Of a stretch of DNA of 64,000 nt, positions 63,348 through 64,000 are shown piece by piece. The stretch is from Takakia lepidozioides. Taxonomy: Eukaryota > Plantae > Bryophyta. Made by a program: the position numbers and the translations under genes. A model generated the notes under the pieces. The model made no database searches. It was not told the DNA's origin and worked only from the letters and a program-made list of their open reading frames with translations. Where the stretch lies: NCBI GenBank assembly GCA_030704615.1, contig CM060731.1, positions 18,724,001 to 18,788,000 of the forward strand, read 5' to 3'. The stretch's first letter is position 1. Every line of letters begins with the position of its first letter.

Positions 63348-63600
63348 AGTGTTGGGCGGTTATTTGATTTCTTTCATAATCTCCGGTTCGGGTTTTTACA
63401 AAATATTAGGATCACATAACCTCTGGTTCCGGTTTTTTCATATATTTTTGATGGAAAGAACCACCGGTTCCAGTTAACTGTAAGAACCTCAAAGAACCTG
63501 CGGTTTTCATCAAATAAGGTTATGAGCCTTTGCCGGTTCTTTGTGTTTTTTGAGAACCACGGTTGTATATCCACATAACCTTCTTGATAACCTCCAGGGG
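63348..63600. mobile_element. Partial hAT-type MITE
   Basis: Starts CAGTGTTGGGCGG after ...GAAC; repeated CCGGTT/AACC subterminal motifs; second end not found. Confidence 0.45.
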
Positions 63601-63844
63601 TTTGTAGCCGAGGACAGGAAGGCGTGAGTTGAAAGCGGGATAATATCTGCCTACCTACCCTCCTACCTTTCTGCCTATCTACGTACCTACCTACCTAGGC
63701 ATCAAGTGCGTTGGTCGGCAAGACACGTAGAGGAGTGTAGGCGCTCTGTGAACGTACGCACAGCGCAGCGCAGGAGCCTTGCGTGAATGTAAGGGAGTGT
63801 TTGTTGACGATCTAATTGCTGGTTGAAGGAAATTGCAGCGAGCC

Positions 63845-63993
63845 ATGGCGACTTGCTTCACCTGTATAGAGCAATCCAACGTGGGCATAGTGGAGAAATG
63901 GGGCCGCTTTTCTCATGTGGCGCAGCCTGGCTTGCATTGCTTGAATCCCTTTTTGGGAGAGTGGTTGGCTGGCAAGCTGTCGTTGCGCGTCCG
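63845..63993 (+). CDS. Hypersensitive-induced response (HIR) / SPFH band-7 protein, first exon
   Basis: MATCFTCIEQSNVGIVEKWGRFSHVAQPGLHCLNPFLGEWLAGKLSLRV followed by a GTATGT donor. Confidence 0.88.
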
Positions 63994-64000
63994 GTATGTG

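Overview
Eukaryotic nuclear DNA from a non-seed land plant, most likely a bryophyte (inferred from spliceosomal introns, a long PLS-DYW PPR gene and Tcn1-like chromovirus gag). Host genes: a multi-exon TFIIIC TPR subunit (GTF3C3/Tfc4, 5193-15715), a frameshifted ankyrin-PGG membrane-protein gene (minus strand), a PLS-E-DYW RNA-editing PPR gene carrying an N-terminal OSB-type PDF motif, a small conserved plant gene (44530-46673) and the first exon of a HIR/band-7 gene. The rest is dense in transposable elements: an LTR with a self-priming PBS, LINE tails, tRNA-SINEs, Harbinger/hAT/MULE/piggyBac-like MITEs, foldbacks, and a kinase pseudogene flanked by palindrome and repeat arrays. Best candidate for an undescribed system: two divergent RT-less tyrosine-recombinase (DUF3504/Crypton-like) elements (1989-4819 +, 54162-57521 -) that share an A>..<A|B>....<B architecture. 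In each, an internal segment about 100 bp from the 5' end is the gap-free inverted copy of the joined element ends, like a DIRS internal complementary region. The window also holds an empty target site for element 1. All alignments were done by eye; coordinates may be off by a few bases.
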